A stretch of 63,566 bases of DNA, filler included, from Guillardia theta CCMP2712 (taxonomy: Eukaryota > Protista > Cryptophyta), in the NCBI RefSeq assembly GCF_000315625.1. It is 4 parts of 4 records of this genome, joined end to end, with 100 filler letters (N's around TTAATTAATTAA, not from the genome) between each part and the next. Parts side by side here need not be neighbours in the genome. Positions count along the whole stretch, not along the records: positions 1 to 16,678 come from NW_005434331.1; 3 more parts are not named here. One strand, written 5' to 3'. How positions within the stretch are numbered: the first letter of the stretch is position 1; each line of letters starts with the position of its first letter. The notes under the pieces are model-generated. The model searched no databases and was not told the origin of the DNA. It was given only the letters and a program-made list of their open reading frames with translations. The position numbers and the translations under genes are program-made. Positions 1 through 13,757 of this stretch are shown here, one piece after another.

Positions 1-34
1 CCGTCCGTCCGTCCGTCCGTCCTCGTCGTCCTCG

Positions 35-210
<176 letters not shown>

Positions 211-237
211 TGCAACGTCTCCCATCATGTAGTTTCA

Positions 238-973
238 TTGATCAAAACTTCACAGCATCACTACACCGAAAACTTCTCTTTCTTCCCTTCACCTACTACA
301 TCAACGACTTCCAGCGCCTCCTGCCTGCTGTCGGCGAATGGAACTCCTCCTCCCCTTCTGCGCCCTCACGCTCCGACCATCAGCTCCCAGCAGGCAGCTT
401 CGTCTTCGTCTGCTTCAGGTGGGAACGGAGCAGCTGGAGGGGAGGTGACCAGATGTGCTGGCAGCCGAGCTGAGAAAATAGACAAGGAGCTCTTTGTGAC
501 GTGGATGCGGATCCTCTGGAGGGCGAGGGGAAGCGTACTATGGCTGCTCAAGGTAAGAGGGAGGGAGGGAGGGAGGGAGGGAGGGAGGGAGGGAGGGAGG
601 GAGGGAGGGAGGGAGGGAGGGAGGGACGGTACGACAGGGAGGGGAAGAAGGGGAAGAAGGGGGGGAAAGGAGCGATAGAGAAGGTAGCGAAGATGGGATG
701 GGAATGGACGAGATGGGGTGGATTTTCTTGACAGGATTTCTGCGTTTGCTCGTGGGCTCGATGTTTGGATCAACAACGGGACTGATAGGAAGGGCAGGAC
801 ATGAAGGGGTCGAACAAGGGGGAGACTTTCATCTCGTCTCAGTTCAAGAAGAGAGCGGAGCAGATGGGAATCGATCCGGGGAGGTGAAGGGAGGGGCGAA
901 ATGAGTCAGAGTTGACATGTTCTCCCAAGGTTAATCTTCACGGACTCGATTGACTGGAAGAGACATGTGGAGG

Positions 974-1020
<47 letters not shown>

Positions 1021-4000
1021 TAAATGATGTAAATGATGTAAATGATGACGATGCAGATGATGATGATGTAAATGATGATAATGATGATGATGATGTAAAT
1101 AATGATAATGATAAGGATGACGACGACGACGACGATGGTGGTGGTGGTGGTGGAGATGATGAGGATGATGAGGATGATGTTGAGAAGGAGTGGTAGCAGA
1201 GAGTGATTGAGGATGGTGATGACGGGGATAGTGACGATAGTGGAGAAGAGGAGCATGAGGGTGGTGGAGGTGACCATGATGAAGATGATGACGACGAAGA
1301 TGTTAATGATTATGATGGTGATAAAGATTTTGTTGATGATAGAGATAGAGATGGATATAGATGCAATGATGATGATGCTGGTGATGGCGGTGGTGATGGT
1401 GATGTAGTTGAAAATAATACTGGAATTTCAGAGAGGAGCACTTGCTGATCTCTTTCTCGACACTCTCTCCTACAACGCTCACTCAACAGGCGCCAACGTG
1501 CTCTGGGCAGGCGTTCCCCTGCTAACCTGGGCGGTGAAGTCCTGCTCCTGCTCCTGCTGATGCTCCTCCTCCTGCTCCTCCTCCTGCTCCTCCTGCTCCT
1601 CCTGCTCCTGCTCCTGCTCCTGCTCCTCCTCCTGCTCCTTCTCTTCCTCCCTACACTTCTGTCCCCTCCCTCCTCCCCCTTTCCTAACGTCCCTTGTCTC
1701 AACTCTCCCTTCCTCCATCTCCCCTTCCCTCACTGTCGTTCCTCTGCTCGCCCTCCTCTGCTCCTCTGCTCCTCTCAGCTTCATCCAGGGAGTCAAGATG
1801 GCCTCGCGGGTAGCAGCGAGCATGAATCGTGCAGCTCGTGCTTGCGTGTACACTGCCAGGACCCTCAAGGTGGTTCGCTGGCCCTCAGTTGGAATTCGAG
1901 CTGAGATCGAGAGCAGGAGTACGAGGAGATGGCAGTGAGACTCTGCAACAGGAAGAAGTGGAGCTCACGGATGAGAGAGACGGTAAGGATCAGCACGAGA
2001 GGAGGAGAAGCAGGATGTGCAGGAGGAGGAGGAGGAGGAGGAGGAGATGCAGGAGGGGGAGGGGGAAGAGGAGGACAAGTTGGAGGGGTTCTGCTGACTT
2101 GCTGCAGGTCTTCTCCGAGAGATCTTCAGCTCCTCTCTTTCAGACCGTTGAGATGACATCAGCGCTCGTCCGGGGCTATCGAATGCAGCAGGAAGTTTTG
2201 GAATCGGCGGGTGAGTAGAAGACCCGGTGGAGGGGCGAGAAGGAGTGTTTGTATAAGAGATCGGGAAAGGTGGGCGGGTGGGGGTGGGACGTTGGAGGAC
2301 GGGAAGAGAAGTAGGAGCGAGCATGAAGGAATGAGAGGACCGAGAGGGGAAGGGACGGAGTGAGTATGGAAGAGAGAAGGGACGGAGTGACTATGGAAGA
2401 GAGGGGATGGAGAGGGGAAGGGACGGAGTGACTATGGAAGAGAGGATGGAGAGGGGAAGGGAAGGGAGCATAGAGGAGGACGGAGTAGACTTGACTGAAG
2501 GCTCAGGACGACATTTTCACACCATCCCGTCGAGCCACAACATGAAGCAAGTCGATTTAAATTAATTTCATTCACATTCAAACATCAAGAAGGCAACCAC
2601 ACACCGGGCAAGGAGCAGTGCAAACTGACCCTGGGGAGCTGGAGGACAGCTGGAGGACAGCTGGAGGGGGTCTAGACTTCAGGGTCCTTGAGCAGCTCGC
2701 CGATAGAGCTCCGAAGCATGGCGAGAGAAGATTGTGAAATCTTCACTCCGCCTGCAGACAAAAATCAGGAGGAAAGGGAGAGCAAGGGGAAAAGGTGGAG
2801 GAGAGGACGAAGAGGAGCAGGAGCAGGAGCAGGATCAGGAGGAAGAGAAGGAGGAGGAACAACTTGTTCTGCAGGTAGGCATTTCTTCGCTCTTCAGTCC
2901 AGCCACTTTCTTGCATGCTGGCGTCTACGCATGTGTGAGAGGAGGAGGAAGGAGGAAAGACTTACTCTGCCGCTTTCTTTCGCCATCCTCGACGTGAGGG
3001 CACAACGAGTCGCCTGCAGGACCGGATGAGCTGCGAGAGTGGAGGCGTATAGGGAAGCACCTGCTGCAACTTCCGAAGTTCCTCCTCGGACTCCTCCTCT
3101 CCCCGGCCCGCTCGGATCAGGCCGGGTGACACCATGGCGAGGACGGTATCAGAGGTTCTGTTGCTCCGCATTCTCATCTGGCAGCCTGGGGTGAGTGAAT
3201 GAAGCAGGAAGTAGAGTTTCTACCTCAGCCATCGACCTCCTTCCCGGCTCCTCCTCCCTCTTGACTTCTCTCGCTGCAGCTCTCATATGTGTCTCTGCCG
3301 CACGAGCAGGGGAGGCAGAAGGAGTCTTCTGGTACACAGGGAGGCCAGGGACAGCGCCAACGTCCGCATACTCGCGAGGTTCCATCCAGCAAGAGACTGG
3401 GACTCCGCCATGCTGTACGAGCAAGGGAAGAAGAGGGACGTGCGTCAGAGAAGCAGGGGATGAGGTAGATCGTCACCACCTTCCTCCCTCCCACTGACGA
3501 TGGAGAAGACTTTTCAGGCTTCGGGGTTCGCTTGCCAGCAGCAGGGCTCAGACCCTTGTGCTGGAGGGCACGTAGGGCCTTGCTGGGAGTGACGGAGGGA
3601 ATGTCTCGGACGGCCTTGTTCGTCACCTTGGGGGCTCGATCCTGTAGCCTCCTCTCGCTCCGGCAACGCTCCTCCATCCTCGCTGGTCCCTTGCCTTGCG
3701 GTCTGTCAACCTTGAGCAAGGGAAGGGTAAAGCTTACCTGTTCCAAGACGTTCGAGGTCGAGGTCGAGAGTCTGCTGGGAGGGTGAGTGGGAGAACAAGC
3801 TACGAGCCGCTCACTTGTCTTGGAGGGGCTCCTTGTCCTCTCCACCTCTTGTACGGCTCGGGCTGCAAGTTTGCTTTCTTGCTCGCCGAGCCGTAAACGT
3901 CGAGTGTGCGTTGGCTGCAAGCAAGCAAAGTGAGGAGACGGGAGAGGGAAAGGAGAGTGCAGGGAGAGAGGAGCAGTTGAGGAGAGGGAAGCAAGGAAGG

Positions 4001-4420
4001 AGAGCATAGCGGGAAGATCTTACTTGCTATCTGCCATCGTGGCATTCTGAATCAACAGCCTGACGTCAACTTCGACGTTTTTGGATTTCTCGTGCGCCAT
4101 GGCACGAGGGGCAACATTCGCGACCCCAGTTGGCCCGTGAGCTCCCTCCTGCGGTGAGCCTTGCAACGAGTCGTCTTCGAACTCCTCCTCCTCCTCCTCA
4201 CATCCATCCTCCACACGCTTCTCACAATTCTCCTCCTCCCCTCCATGCAAGGGGGTATCCTCTCCTCTGCTCTGTCGGCTCTTGTCCCAGGGCAGAAGCA
4301 ATGAGTCAACCGGCAGTTCCTCCGCCTGCCAGCAAGAACAATCATCATTGACGACAACAAGGTGTCTACGAGGCGACAGACCTCGATAACTTCTTCTGCT
4401 TGCACGTCATGCTCTGCCAA
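238..4420 (-). CDS. Putative multi-exon gene(s) of unknown function, low complexity
   Basis: Several minus-strand ORF pieces (4052-4420, 3225-4007, 1479-1868 with an E/Q-rich tract) are separated by microsatellite-filled intron-like blocks. No recognisable domain; boundaries approximate. Confidence 0.3.
970..1405. repeat. Degenerate (GAT)n / GATGTAAAT low-complexity tract
   Basis: Seen directly. Confidence 0.85.
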
Positions 4421-5080
4421 AATCTTGCTATCAGCGAGAGGTAGTCTGAGGCGAAGGGCTCACGGTCAACAAAGCTCGACGAGTACTCCGAGGACCAACG
4501 GCTGTGCTGGGCTCGAGGGGTACAGCACTCGGCCCATGGCGCTTCGCAGGACTTTCGAGCGGCAGGAACAAGAGCTGGATCAACTCTCCTGTATGCCTGA
4601 TGAGCGAGGGGGTAGAGGAGCGAGTTTAATTCACCTCAGGTGATATTCCTCAGGAGTAGATATGAAACATGCACGCTGATATTGTTCGTCCACCCTCTCG
4701 TCCCATGCTCGGAATCCTCCACGGTATTCAGCCGCGAGCTGGCGTTTGCTCCACATCGAATCGCAAGGTGATTGGTTAAGGCCTTGGCATGTGACAGCAC
4801 TGCGAAGACAACAGTCAGCCCGTCAGATCAGCATCATGGAGGCAGGAAAGCGCTTCTTCTCCTTGCAACTTGATGCTGACAAGCGCTTCCTGCCATGTTC
4901 TGCCTCTCCCTCCCCCCCCCCCGACCTGCTGCTCTTTCTCTCCCTTCCCCCAAGTGCCTTTCCCCCCATTTTTTCAAATCCCAAGAAATTGACTAATTCT
5001 AAAGATTCAAATTTGCTGATTCATCACGCCTAGGATCGAATCACTGCCCCTCATTTTCTCAGTGGGGCGGACTCATAAAG

Positions 5081-7399
5081 TCAACAGCCCGGCGAGCGGC
5101 AGACCCGAGGCCCGGGGCCCGGGCGAGCGTGACTGAGCCGCCCTTGAGTTGTTGAAGGACGGTACTGCAGTTTAATAAATTTCAAGTCCCTCCACCGCTT
5201 CTTCCCACTGGTACACACCCGCGCCAGCAAGGTATACATCCTTCCTGAGAGCCTTCTCCCCACCTCCGGGCAGGCTTCTTCCTTCATGAGAGCCGCCGCA
5301 ACAATGCGGAAGGTGAAGCTCCTCAGACTCCTCTATGGACGCCAACAAGGCTCTGTCTGCCTCCCCTTGCCTCGGCATGTTGATGTAGAAGTGTCTCGGG
5401 CTCTCCTGTCAAGTTGCGATCCCAGTCATCCCCTTCAACCTCCTCCAAGGCCTCGCACCACCACAAACTCCCCCTCCCCCTCCTAACTCTGAGCCCCCCA
5501 CAGGATCTCCTCCCCCTCCCTTCCGGCTGCGACGACGACCCTCAGCCTACTCACCGTATCCGACCCATCCTTCAACACCTTCCCTCTCCACCGTCAGTCT
5601 GCCTCCTCCATACGTGCGCGTGCGCACTGCTCACCCGCATGTCCTGACGGACTCCCGTCGGGCTGATGGTGTATCTCCGAGTGAAGTAGCACACCCTGCC
5701 CCTCCCCCGTCATCCTCCCTCTTCTTCCCTCCTCTCTCGCTCGTACCCCGACCCCGCGTAGTGATAGAAGAGGTTGATTTCGATCGACGAGCTCTTGACC
5801 TGCCCGTTCAAGAAAGCGTACACCTTGCTGTCTGTCACCCCCCGTCAGCCCGGCCCCCCGCGACTCCTCCTCCCCTACTTCCGTCGCCGAGCTCTGTCTC
5901 CCACCCGTCCAGCCTGACCTTGGCTACTCTCTTCCACCTCGACCTGAAGCCTCCCGCGAGCTGCCACAGCTCTCACTCCCTCCTCCTCCCTCCTCCTCGA
6001 CCTCGGGCGCGAGCTCTCACCTGCGGCAGCCTCATCCGCATGTGATGGAACACCATCAGGTTGCCCTGCTGGTCCATCTCCAGCGCGGCATGCGACTCTG
6101 TGAGTTTGGACAGGTACACCATGACCGCCGATCCTGCGACCCCACAGCTCAGCGACATTCCCTCTCACGTCAGCAGCCCTCCCTCCCTCCTTCGCTCCCT
6201 CGTTGCTTTCTTCCCTCCCTCCCGGCTCCCTCCCTCCCTGGCTCCCTCCCTCCCTATCTCCTTCGCACGCTCTCTTCCTTACCCAGGCTCTGTAGGCTTC
6301 CTCGGACTCTCTCCATGACGTTCCTTGACGCGTGATCCGTCGATAACGCAACCAGCCCCCGTGACATCAGCCCCCTGCCCGTCCCCCTCCGTCAGCCCTC
6401 TGCTATCCCTCCAGCTCATGCATGCGCTTACCGGCTCTCTGATACCAGCCCCCTCAGCGCCTGGTCGATGTCGTACGCGCACGCGTTCGACGTCCCCGGG
6501 TCTCGCTTGAACACCATGCACAGATCCCTCACGAGCTCTGCCGGCCACTCGTGCCTCACCTCCGCCTCCTCCTGTGCCTCCAGTACGAACACGCCTTCCC
6601 CCATGCACGACACATGCGCCGGTATCACCCGACACCTGATCACGTTCAAGCACACCATGCCTCCCCCCGCATCACCGCCTGCCCTGCCGCTCGTAGCACG
6701 TCCAGGCTCTCGTTCTCGACCAGATGGAGGAAGCACTGTCCTTCCTGTCCCAACAGTCATGCGCCTCGTCAGACACCTACTGGCCTCCTGCCCTGCATCC
6801 TTTCTTCCTTTCCCCTCCATGCATCTTCCCCGCTCAACACCGCATCTTCCACACTACTTTTGTTTCCCTACCCAAGCTACTCCTCCCTCCCCCCACCTTC
6901 CAACCCCCCTTCTGCTTACCAGCCTCCGCAGCGGCGATCGCACGTAGTACCCCTCTAGCCCCACGCTCCCGCACTTGATCCTCCAGCTCGGTAGCTCCAC
7001 CGACACGATCCTCTCCCTCCGGCTCGACATGACCCTCGCCGTCGCTTCCTCTAGCGACACGCCGGGCTTTCGCTCCTTCCAGCTCGCTGGAGTCGTTGCT
7101 TGCATGTCCCGCAAGTGATTCACAAGGTCCTCCAGCATCTGCACAGTAGTCCGGGACGAGGGAAGATACCCGTTGAGCTCCTGGAGCTTTCTTTTCGAGG
7201 AGGGGACCAGAGGGTCCAAGGCGTCGAGAAGCTTCTTGGTGGTGTCTCTATTGGCAGACTTGGTTTGTTTGTCTCTCTGTCGCTTGCGCTCCAGGTTTCC
7301 TCGTTGTGTACTCATTCCCTTGGGCTTTGCCTTGGGGTTCATGTGTCCGGGCTTCACATCTGTTGAAAGGAAGTGCATATCTCGCTGGTGTGTTTGCAA
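5081..7399 (-). pseudogene. bHLH-PAS-like transcription factor, copy A (frameshifted)
   Basis: Exon 1 ERKRQRDK...TKKLLDALDPLVP...RTTVQMLEDLVNHLRDM resembles basic/helix1-P/loop/helix2. It is followed by a PAS-like segment (IVSVELPSWRIKCGSVGLEGYY..SP..L/EGQCFLHLV). Lacks 46 bp at 6658/6659 relative to copy B (9544-9589), which shifts the frame. 3' end approximate. Confidence 0.55.
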
Positions 7400-7941
7400 G
7401 GAAGGTTTCGTTCTGCTATGACGCCGTACAGCACCAGCATGTCATCCCTGCCTCCAGGAGCATCAGACTTCGCCTTCAGCCTTCTGTCAGCGACACTCTA
7501 GGACGCATCGCCGAGCGTCGTCGCACTAGGGACCACACTGCATGAAATGGAAACTTATGTCTTTTCCCCAAATCAGATACAAACAAGTTCAGACCTTACT
7601 TTGAAATATGATCTCAACATTTCAAAGTTTGATGATTCTCAAATTGAGCACCACTGGAACCTTACCAGCCACCTCGAGTGAAGATAGTTTCCTCCGAGGC
7701 GGGTTAGCCTGTCAGGTGTGTCAGCGTCACGCGACTTGTGTAGTTGGAGTGGAGGTTTTTGCTGTCTCCTGCATTCCCTAGGTTTCTGTTGAGGCGGATT
7801 TGTTGTTTTACCCATTGAGGGCCTCCTTTGGTTTTGCTTTCAAAGTTTTACTTCAAGATCGGATGCATCTCTAGTCTAGCGACAGTGTCAGGGTCAAGCC
7901 TCCTCGACTCTCCTGATTGCTCTGACTGACGGACGCGCAGG

Positions 7942-8819
7942 TCACTTCACCGAGGCGGACTTGTGAGTAGTCCTGTTTGTCCGACGGTCATTACGGTAGT
8001 AATTTTCATGAGTAGCCGGAGAGAGGAAGCGGCTGCGGCTACTAGCAAATACCGGCATGGAGTCAATACTGGTATCATCTTGTGTCACCGTGTCTTCATG
8101 ACACGTCTTCTTGACCAGCACTGAGTTCACCAGCCCACGTCACAAGTTCACTGATTCATTGGCAATTCATCGGTGATCAGTGATCATTGTCAGGCTCCTC
8201 TAGGGACGCTAGCAGGCTTCTGTCCTCCTCGGCGACCTTCACCATGTTGATGTAAAAGTGCCTTGGACTCTCCTGTCACATGACTTAGAGGATATTCGTC
8301 CTGCAGTCGTTGCAAATCTGCGATGCCGCTGGCCGCACCACAAGTTTCTCACCTCGTCGGATCCGTCTCGAAACACCTGCTCGTCTCCCCGTCACTCCTC
8401 TCCCTCCCCTCACCCACCACAAGCTCCTCACCCGCACACTCTGTAATAATCCTGCCGAGGAGGCAACCCAGTTCCGAGAGAAATAGCAGATTCTGCATCC
8501 AGCACGACTCAGATCGCCTCATCCCTGAATCGTGATGGCACATCCCCTACCCTGTCGACGAGTGCAGGTAGAAGACCTTCAGGAACAACGAGTCGCCTCC
8601 GACGTTGTTCACTACATACCCGTACACCTTCGTGTCTGCAGGGCTCTCGTCAGTCCATAGATGCTGCTTCCCTTCATGACTTACTCCCTCCGCTGAGTTC
8701 CATTTCCTCGCCATTCAATGCCATCTTCATGACTCGTTTCCAGTTCGACTTGAAGCCTCCGACAAGCTTCCCCACGAACAACTCCCGTTAGTCACCATTG
8801 CCTCCTCCTCCTCCTCCTC

Positions 8820-8855
<36 letters not shown>

Positions 8856-10194
8856 CACCTTCTCCTCCTCCTCCTCCTCCTCCTCCTCCTCCTACCTGAG
8901 GCAGCCTCATCCGGATGCAGTAGTTGACAAAGAGGTTATTCTCCTCGTCCATCCCCAGTGAGAGATGCGTTTCTGTGAGCCTGGCCATGTACACCATGAA
9001 AGCTCTTCCTGCAACGGCAAACATCAACAGCCAAACAAACCGACCCCGGATCCCTTTTCAACAACCAATTCGTTTCATCAACAGCATCAGGCAGCCATCA
9101 GACATGACATTAAGTCTAATTCCGTCCTCTCCTAATCCTCACTTACCTAAGCTCTGCATGCTTCCTCGTACTCTCTCCATGATGCTCTGTGACGCGTGAT
9201 CCGTCGACAGCACCTTCAGTGCCTCCATCATCAAGCCCCTGCACCACTCGGTAAACTCCCTGTCTCCGGCATGAAGCCCCTGCCCCGCCCCGCCCCCACT
9301 GTCTCCTTGCTCTCACCGGCTCTCTGATACCAGCCCCCTCAGCGCCTGGTCGATGTCGTACGCGCACGCGTTCGACGTCCCCGGGTCTCTCCGTACTACC
9401 ATGCAGAACTTCCCTACAAGATCTCCTGGCCACGCGTGCCTCACCTCCGCCTCCTCCTGTGCCTCCAGTACGAACACGCCTTCCCCCATGCACGACACAT
9501 GCGCCGGTATCACCCGACACCTGATCACGTTCAAGCACACCATCCCCTCCCTCGAGAACGTCCGCAGGTCTACGAAGAAGGGCACCACCGCCTCCCCCCG
9601 CATCACCGCCTGCCCTGCCGCTCGTAGCACGTCCAGGCTCTCGTTCTCGACCAGATGGAGGAAGCACTGTCCTTCCTGTCCCAACAGTCATGCTCCGCGT
9701 CAGACACCTACTCAACCCTCTTCCCCACCAGTACTTAACCCTCCCCCCTCCCACGCTTCTACTCCTCCTTTTTGTCTCTCCCTTCTTCTGCTCACCAGCC
9801 TCCACAGCGGCGATCGCACGTAGTACCCCTCTAGCCCCACGCTCCCGCACTTGATCCTCCAGCTCGGTAGCTCCACCGACACGATCCTCTCCCTCCGGCT
9901 CGACATGACCCTCGCCGTCGCTTCCTCTAGCGACACGCCTGGCTCTTGTTTCTTCCTGCTGTGTGGCATGGCCCGCAGGTGCGTCACAAGGTCCTCGAGC
10001 ATCTGGACAGTAGTCCGGGAGGAAGGAAGGCTCCCTTTCAGCTCCTTCAATTTTCTCTTCGAGGAGGGGACCATGGGGTCCAGGGCTTCGAGGAGCTTCT
10101 TGATCTGATCTCTCTGAAGAACCTTGGCCTCTTTGTCTCTCTCGCGCTTGCGCTCCAGGTTTCCTCGTTGAGTGCTTACTTTCTCCTTGCGCAT
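7942..10194 (-). CDS. bHLH-PAS-like transcription factor, copy B (multi-exon, apparently intact)
   Basis: ATG at 10194; ERKRERDKEAKVLQRDQIKKLLEALDPMVP...TVQMLEDLVTHLRAM; PAS-like exon EGQCFLHLVENESLDVLRAAGQAVMRGEAVVPFFVDLRTF; GT-AG introns in positions matching copies A and C. 3' end approximate. Confidence 0.6.
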
Positions 10195-11101
10195 TCTTAA
10201 AGTTCAGAGGTACGATGGTCTATTCTTGCTTCTTCTCTTTCTGACGATCAGTTGATATGCTTCAATGCAGGAAGTATGGTTCTCGTATACCATCTAAACT
10301 TGCATGTTGATCTTTTGTCCAATTTACAAACGACTACTTGAAGAACCACGTGTGATCCTATCAGTCGGATGGAGATTTCTTGTTTGCAGCAATAGAGCTT
10401 TCAGTTTTCTACACGTGCCAACAAGTTTCTGAATGTCTCCTGTACATGTCAGGCAGCAAACAAACCCTCTTCACCTCTCCTCCTGCACTCCTTCACTCCT
10501 CCACTTTTATCTCATCAGGCGTGTCCATTATTATTATTATTATTATTGTATTAAGACCGGGGGATATGAGTCTTATGATCGGATCCCCCAAGATTTCAAA
10601 TATGACCAGTACATTTCATCGCAGCTTTCATGATTAGTTCATAGACTTTCACTTCGAAATTGGAACGGGAAATGTTCTAAAACGAATGGGTAAAAATGAA
10701 ATTTAAAGAAGCTTTTTTGAAAACTTCGGTTCTGGGGATGAATTTAATATCCGGGGAAATGTCTACGGCAAATGGAGAGGGCGGCAATGGAGGAGAGACC
10801 TAACCAAGGATAAGACATGGTAGAACGATGAGAGAAGACAGGCAGACTACAACGTGATATCATATGTGTTCACTCTACGAGTCTACCATGGATTCTTATT
10901 CTTTATTCATGGAGAATGTCGAACGATGTCAGAAAACCAGCAAGCTCTCTTGAAGCATCACACTTTTGTCAGAATAAGACCCCGGGGGGCAGCGTGACTT
11001 TCGATCCACCAAAGTGCAGGAAAGTTGCCTTGCTGAAGGAGTGGCATGGATAGGGGCGGCATGGATAGGAATGCTTTCACGGATGCGCAAAGTTTCTCCG
11101 A

Positions 11102-13210
11102 TTGTTGAGGGGAAATGGGTGGGTCTTGATCTTGTCTCATGTGAATGATCATCATGCCATCGCAATGAGAGGTAATGACCAGCATGATCATAACGAAAAT
11201 GCTCAACGAGATGATCGTACTAAGAAACGCGAGAGAGACAAAGCAACAAAGGCTATCCAGAGGTGTACTACCAGAAAGCTCCTCGAAGCCCTGGACCCCA
11301 TGGTCCCCTCCTCGAAGAGAAAGCTCCAGGAGCTCAACGGGTATCTTCCCTCGTCCCGGACTACTGTGCAGATGCTGGAGGACCTCGTGACGCACTTGCG
11401 GGTCATACAAGTAACGACTCCAGCGAGCAGGAAGGAGCGAAAGCCCGGCGTGTCGCTAGAGGAAGCGACGGCGAGGGTCATGTCGAGCCGGAGGGAGAGG
11501 ATCGTGTCGGTGGAGCTACCGAGCTGGAGGATCAAGTGCGGGAGCGTGGGGCTAGAGGGGTACTACGTGCGATCGCCGCTACGGAAGCTGGTAAGCAGAA
11601 GAAGGGAGAGACAAAAAGGAGGAGTAGAAGCGTGGGAGGGGGGAGGGTTAAGTACTGGTGGGGAAGAGGGTTGAGTAGGTGTCTGACGAGGCGCATGACT
11701 GTTGGGACAGGAAGGACAGTGCTTCCTCCATCTGGTCGAGAACGAGAGCCTGGACGTGCTACGAGCGGCAGGGCAGGCGGTGATGCGGGGGGAGGGTGTT
11801 GGGCCCTTCTTCGTAGACCTGCGGACGTTCTCGAGGGAGGGGATGGTGTGCTTGAACGTGATCAGGTGTCGGGTGATACCGGCGCATGTGTCGTGCATGG
11901 GGGAAGGCGTATTTGTACTGGGGGCACAGGAGGAGGCAGAGGTGAGGCACGAGTAGCCGGCAGAGCTCGTGAGGGATCTGTGCATGGTGTTCAAGCGAGA
12001 CCCGGGGACGTCGAACGCGTATGCGTACGACATCGACCAGGCGCTGAGGGGGCTGGTATCAGAGAGCCGGTGAGCGCATGCATGAGCTGGGAGGGATAGC
12101 AGAGGGCTGACGGAGGGGGACGGGCAGGGGGCTGATGTCACGGGGACTGGTTGCGTTATCGACGGATCACGCGTCAAGGAACGTCATGGAGAGAGTCCGA
12201 GGAAGCCTACAGAGCCTGGGTAAGGAAGAGAGCGTGCGAAGGNNNNNNNNNNNNNNNNNNNNNNNNNNNNNNNNNNNNNNNNNNNNNNNNNNNNNNNNNN
12301 NNNNNNNNNNNNNNNNNNNNNNNNNNNNNNNNNNNNNNNNNNCGGGAGGGAGGGAAGAAAGCAACGAGGGAGCGAAGGAGGGAGGGAGGGCTGCTGACGT
12401 GAGAGGGAATGTCGCTGAGCTGTGGGGTCGCAGGATCGGCGGTCATGGTGTACCTGTCCAAACTCACAGAGTCGCATGCCGCGCTGGAGATGGACCAGCA
12501 GGGCAACCTGATGGTGTTCCATCACATGCGGATGAGGCTGCCGCAGGTGAGAGCTCGCGCCCGAGGTCGAGGAGGAGGGAGGAGGGAGTGAGAGCTGTGG
12601 CAGCTCGCGGGAGGCTTCAGGTCGAGGTGGAAGAGAGTAGCCAAGGTCAGGCTGGACGGGTGGGAGACGGAGCTCGGCGACGGGAGTAGGGGAGGAGGAG
12701 TCGCGGGGGGCCGGGCTGACGGGGGGTGACAGACAGCAAGGTGTACGCTTTCTTGAACGGGCAGGTCAAGAGCTCGTCGATCGAAATCAACCTCTTCTAT
12801 CACTACGCGGGGTCGGGGTACGAGCGAGAGAGGAGGGAAGAAGAGGGAGGATGACGGGGGAGGGGCAGGGTGTGCTACTTCACTCGGAGATACACCATCA
12901 GCCCGACGGGAGTCCGTCAGGACATGCGGGTGAGCAGCGCGCACGTATGGAGGAGGTAGACTGACGGTGGAGAGGGAAGGTGTTGAAGGATGGGTCGGAT
13001 ACGGTGAGTAGGCTGAGGGTCGTCGTCGCAGCCGGAAGGGAGGAGGAGGGGGGGAGGGAGGGGGGGGGGAGTTGGTGGTGGTGCGAGGCCTTGGAGGAGG
13101 TTGAAGGGGATGACTGGGATCGCAACTTGACAGGAGAGCCCGAGACACTTCTACATCAACATGCCGAGGCAAGGGGAGGCAGACAGAGCCTTGTTGGCGT
13201 CCATAGAGGA
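11102..13210 (+). pseudogene. bHLH-PAS-like transcription factor, copy C (inverted duplicate, nonsense codon, 3'-truncated)
   Basis: Near-identical in reverse complement to copy A. TGG is changed to TAG at 11954-11956. Similarity to A stops abruptly at 13210. Contains the N gap 12243-12342. Confidence 0.6.
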
Positions 13211-13757
13211 ATCAGATCGGAACTAATAGTAAAGCATGTTGAATCATCGGCGAATGCTGCCGCAACCAGCCTCAGGCTCAACGATACTGACAGCGGCCGC
13301 CAATCTTCGAGATACAGGCTTGCCAGAGGGCCATCGAACATCCCGGAGTCCCGGAATGTGACTGCCGGGCCCGGGTGACCGGTAGTACACTAGTCACTGA
13401 GACGCACTCGGCAGGGTCACTCAGCGACTCCTGAGCCGGCGCTATTTGATGTAACGGTGACAATAACGGTATTTCGGTGAAACATCCAGCCAGGGCCAGC
13501 TGGTCGCTTCTAGGTGGTAGGGGTACGGCCTTGAGGAATGAACACCGGTCATTTTGCTGTGAGAGAAACCGGTACTTTGGGAAGTTTTGGGTAGAAATAT
13601 GAAGGGGTAGGGGTAGTAGTAGCTGATTGTAGTACCCACCCCGAATCTAATCACAACCACCCTACCCTCCCTAAAATTTCCCTAAAATGAGCACAAGAGG
13701 TGGGTCATGGAAGGACAGTGCCGTTCCCAATGTCCCACCCGTTAGTTCAGGGTAACG

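Larger units (their letters stand above)
5329..13210. repeat. Inverted duplication: about 5329-7240 versus about 11270-13210
   Basis: Long runs of identical exon and intron sequence in opposite orientation, e.g. tcctctatggacgccaacaagg at 5329 versus ccttgttggcgtccatagagga ending at 13210. Confidence 0.9.

Noticed and set aside
906-1904. Poly-Ile/Leu/Arg ORFs here and similar ORFs at 16148-16355, 20987-21780 and 32382-32678
   Set aside because: Microsatellite translations, mostly intronic.
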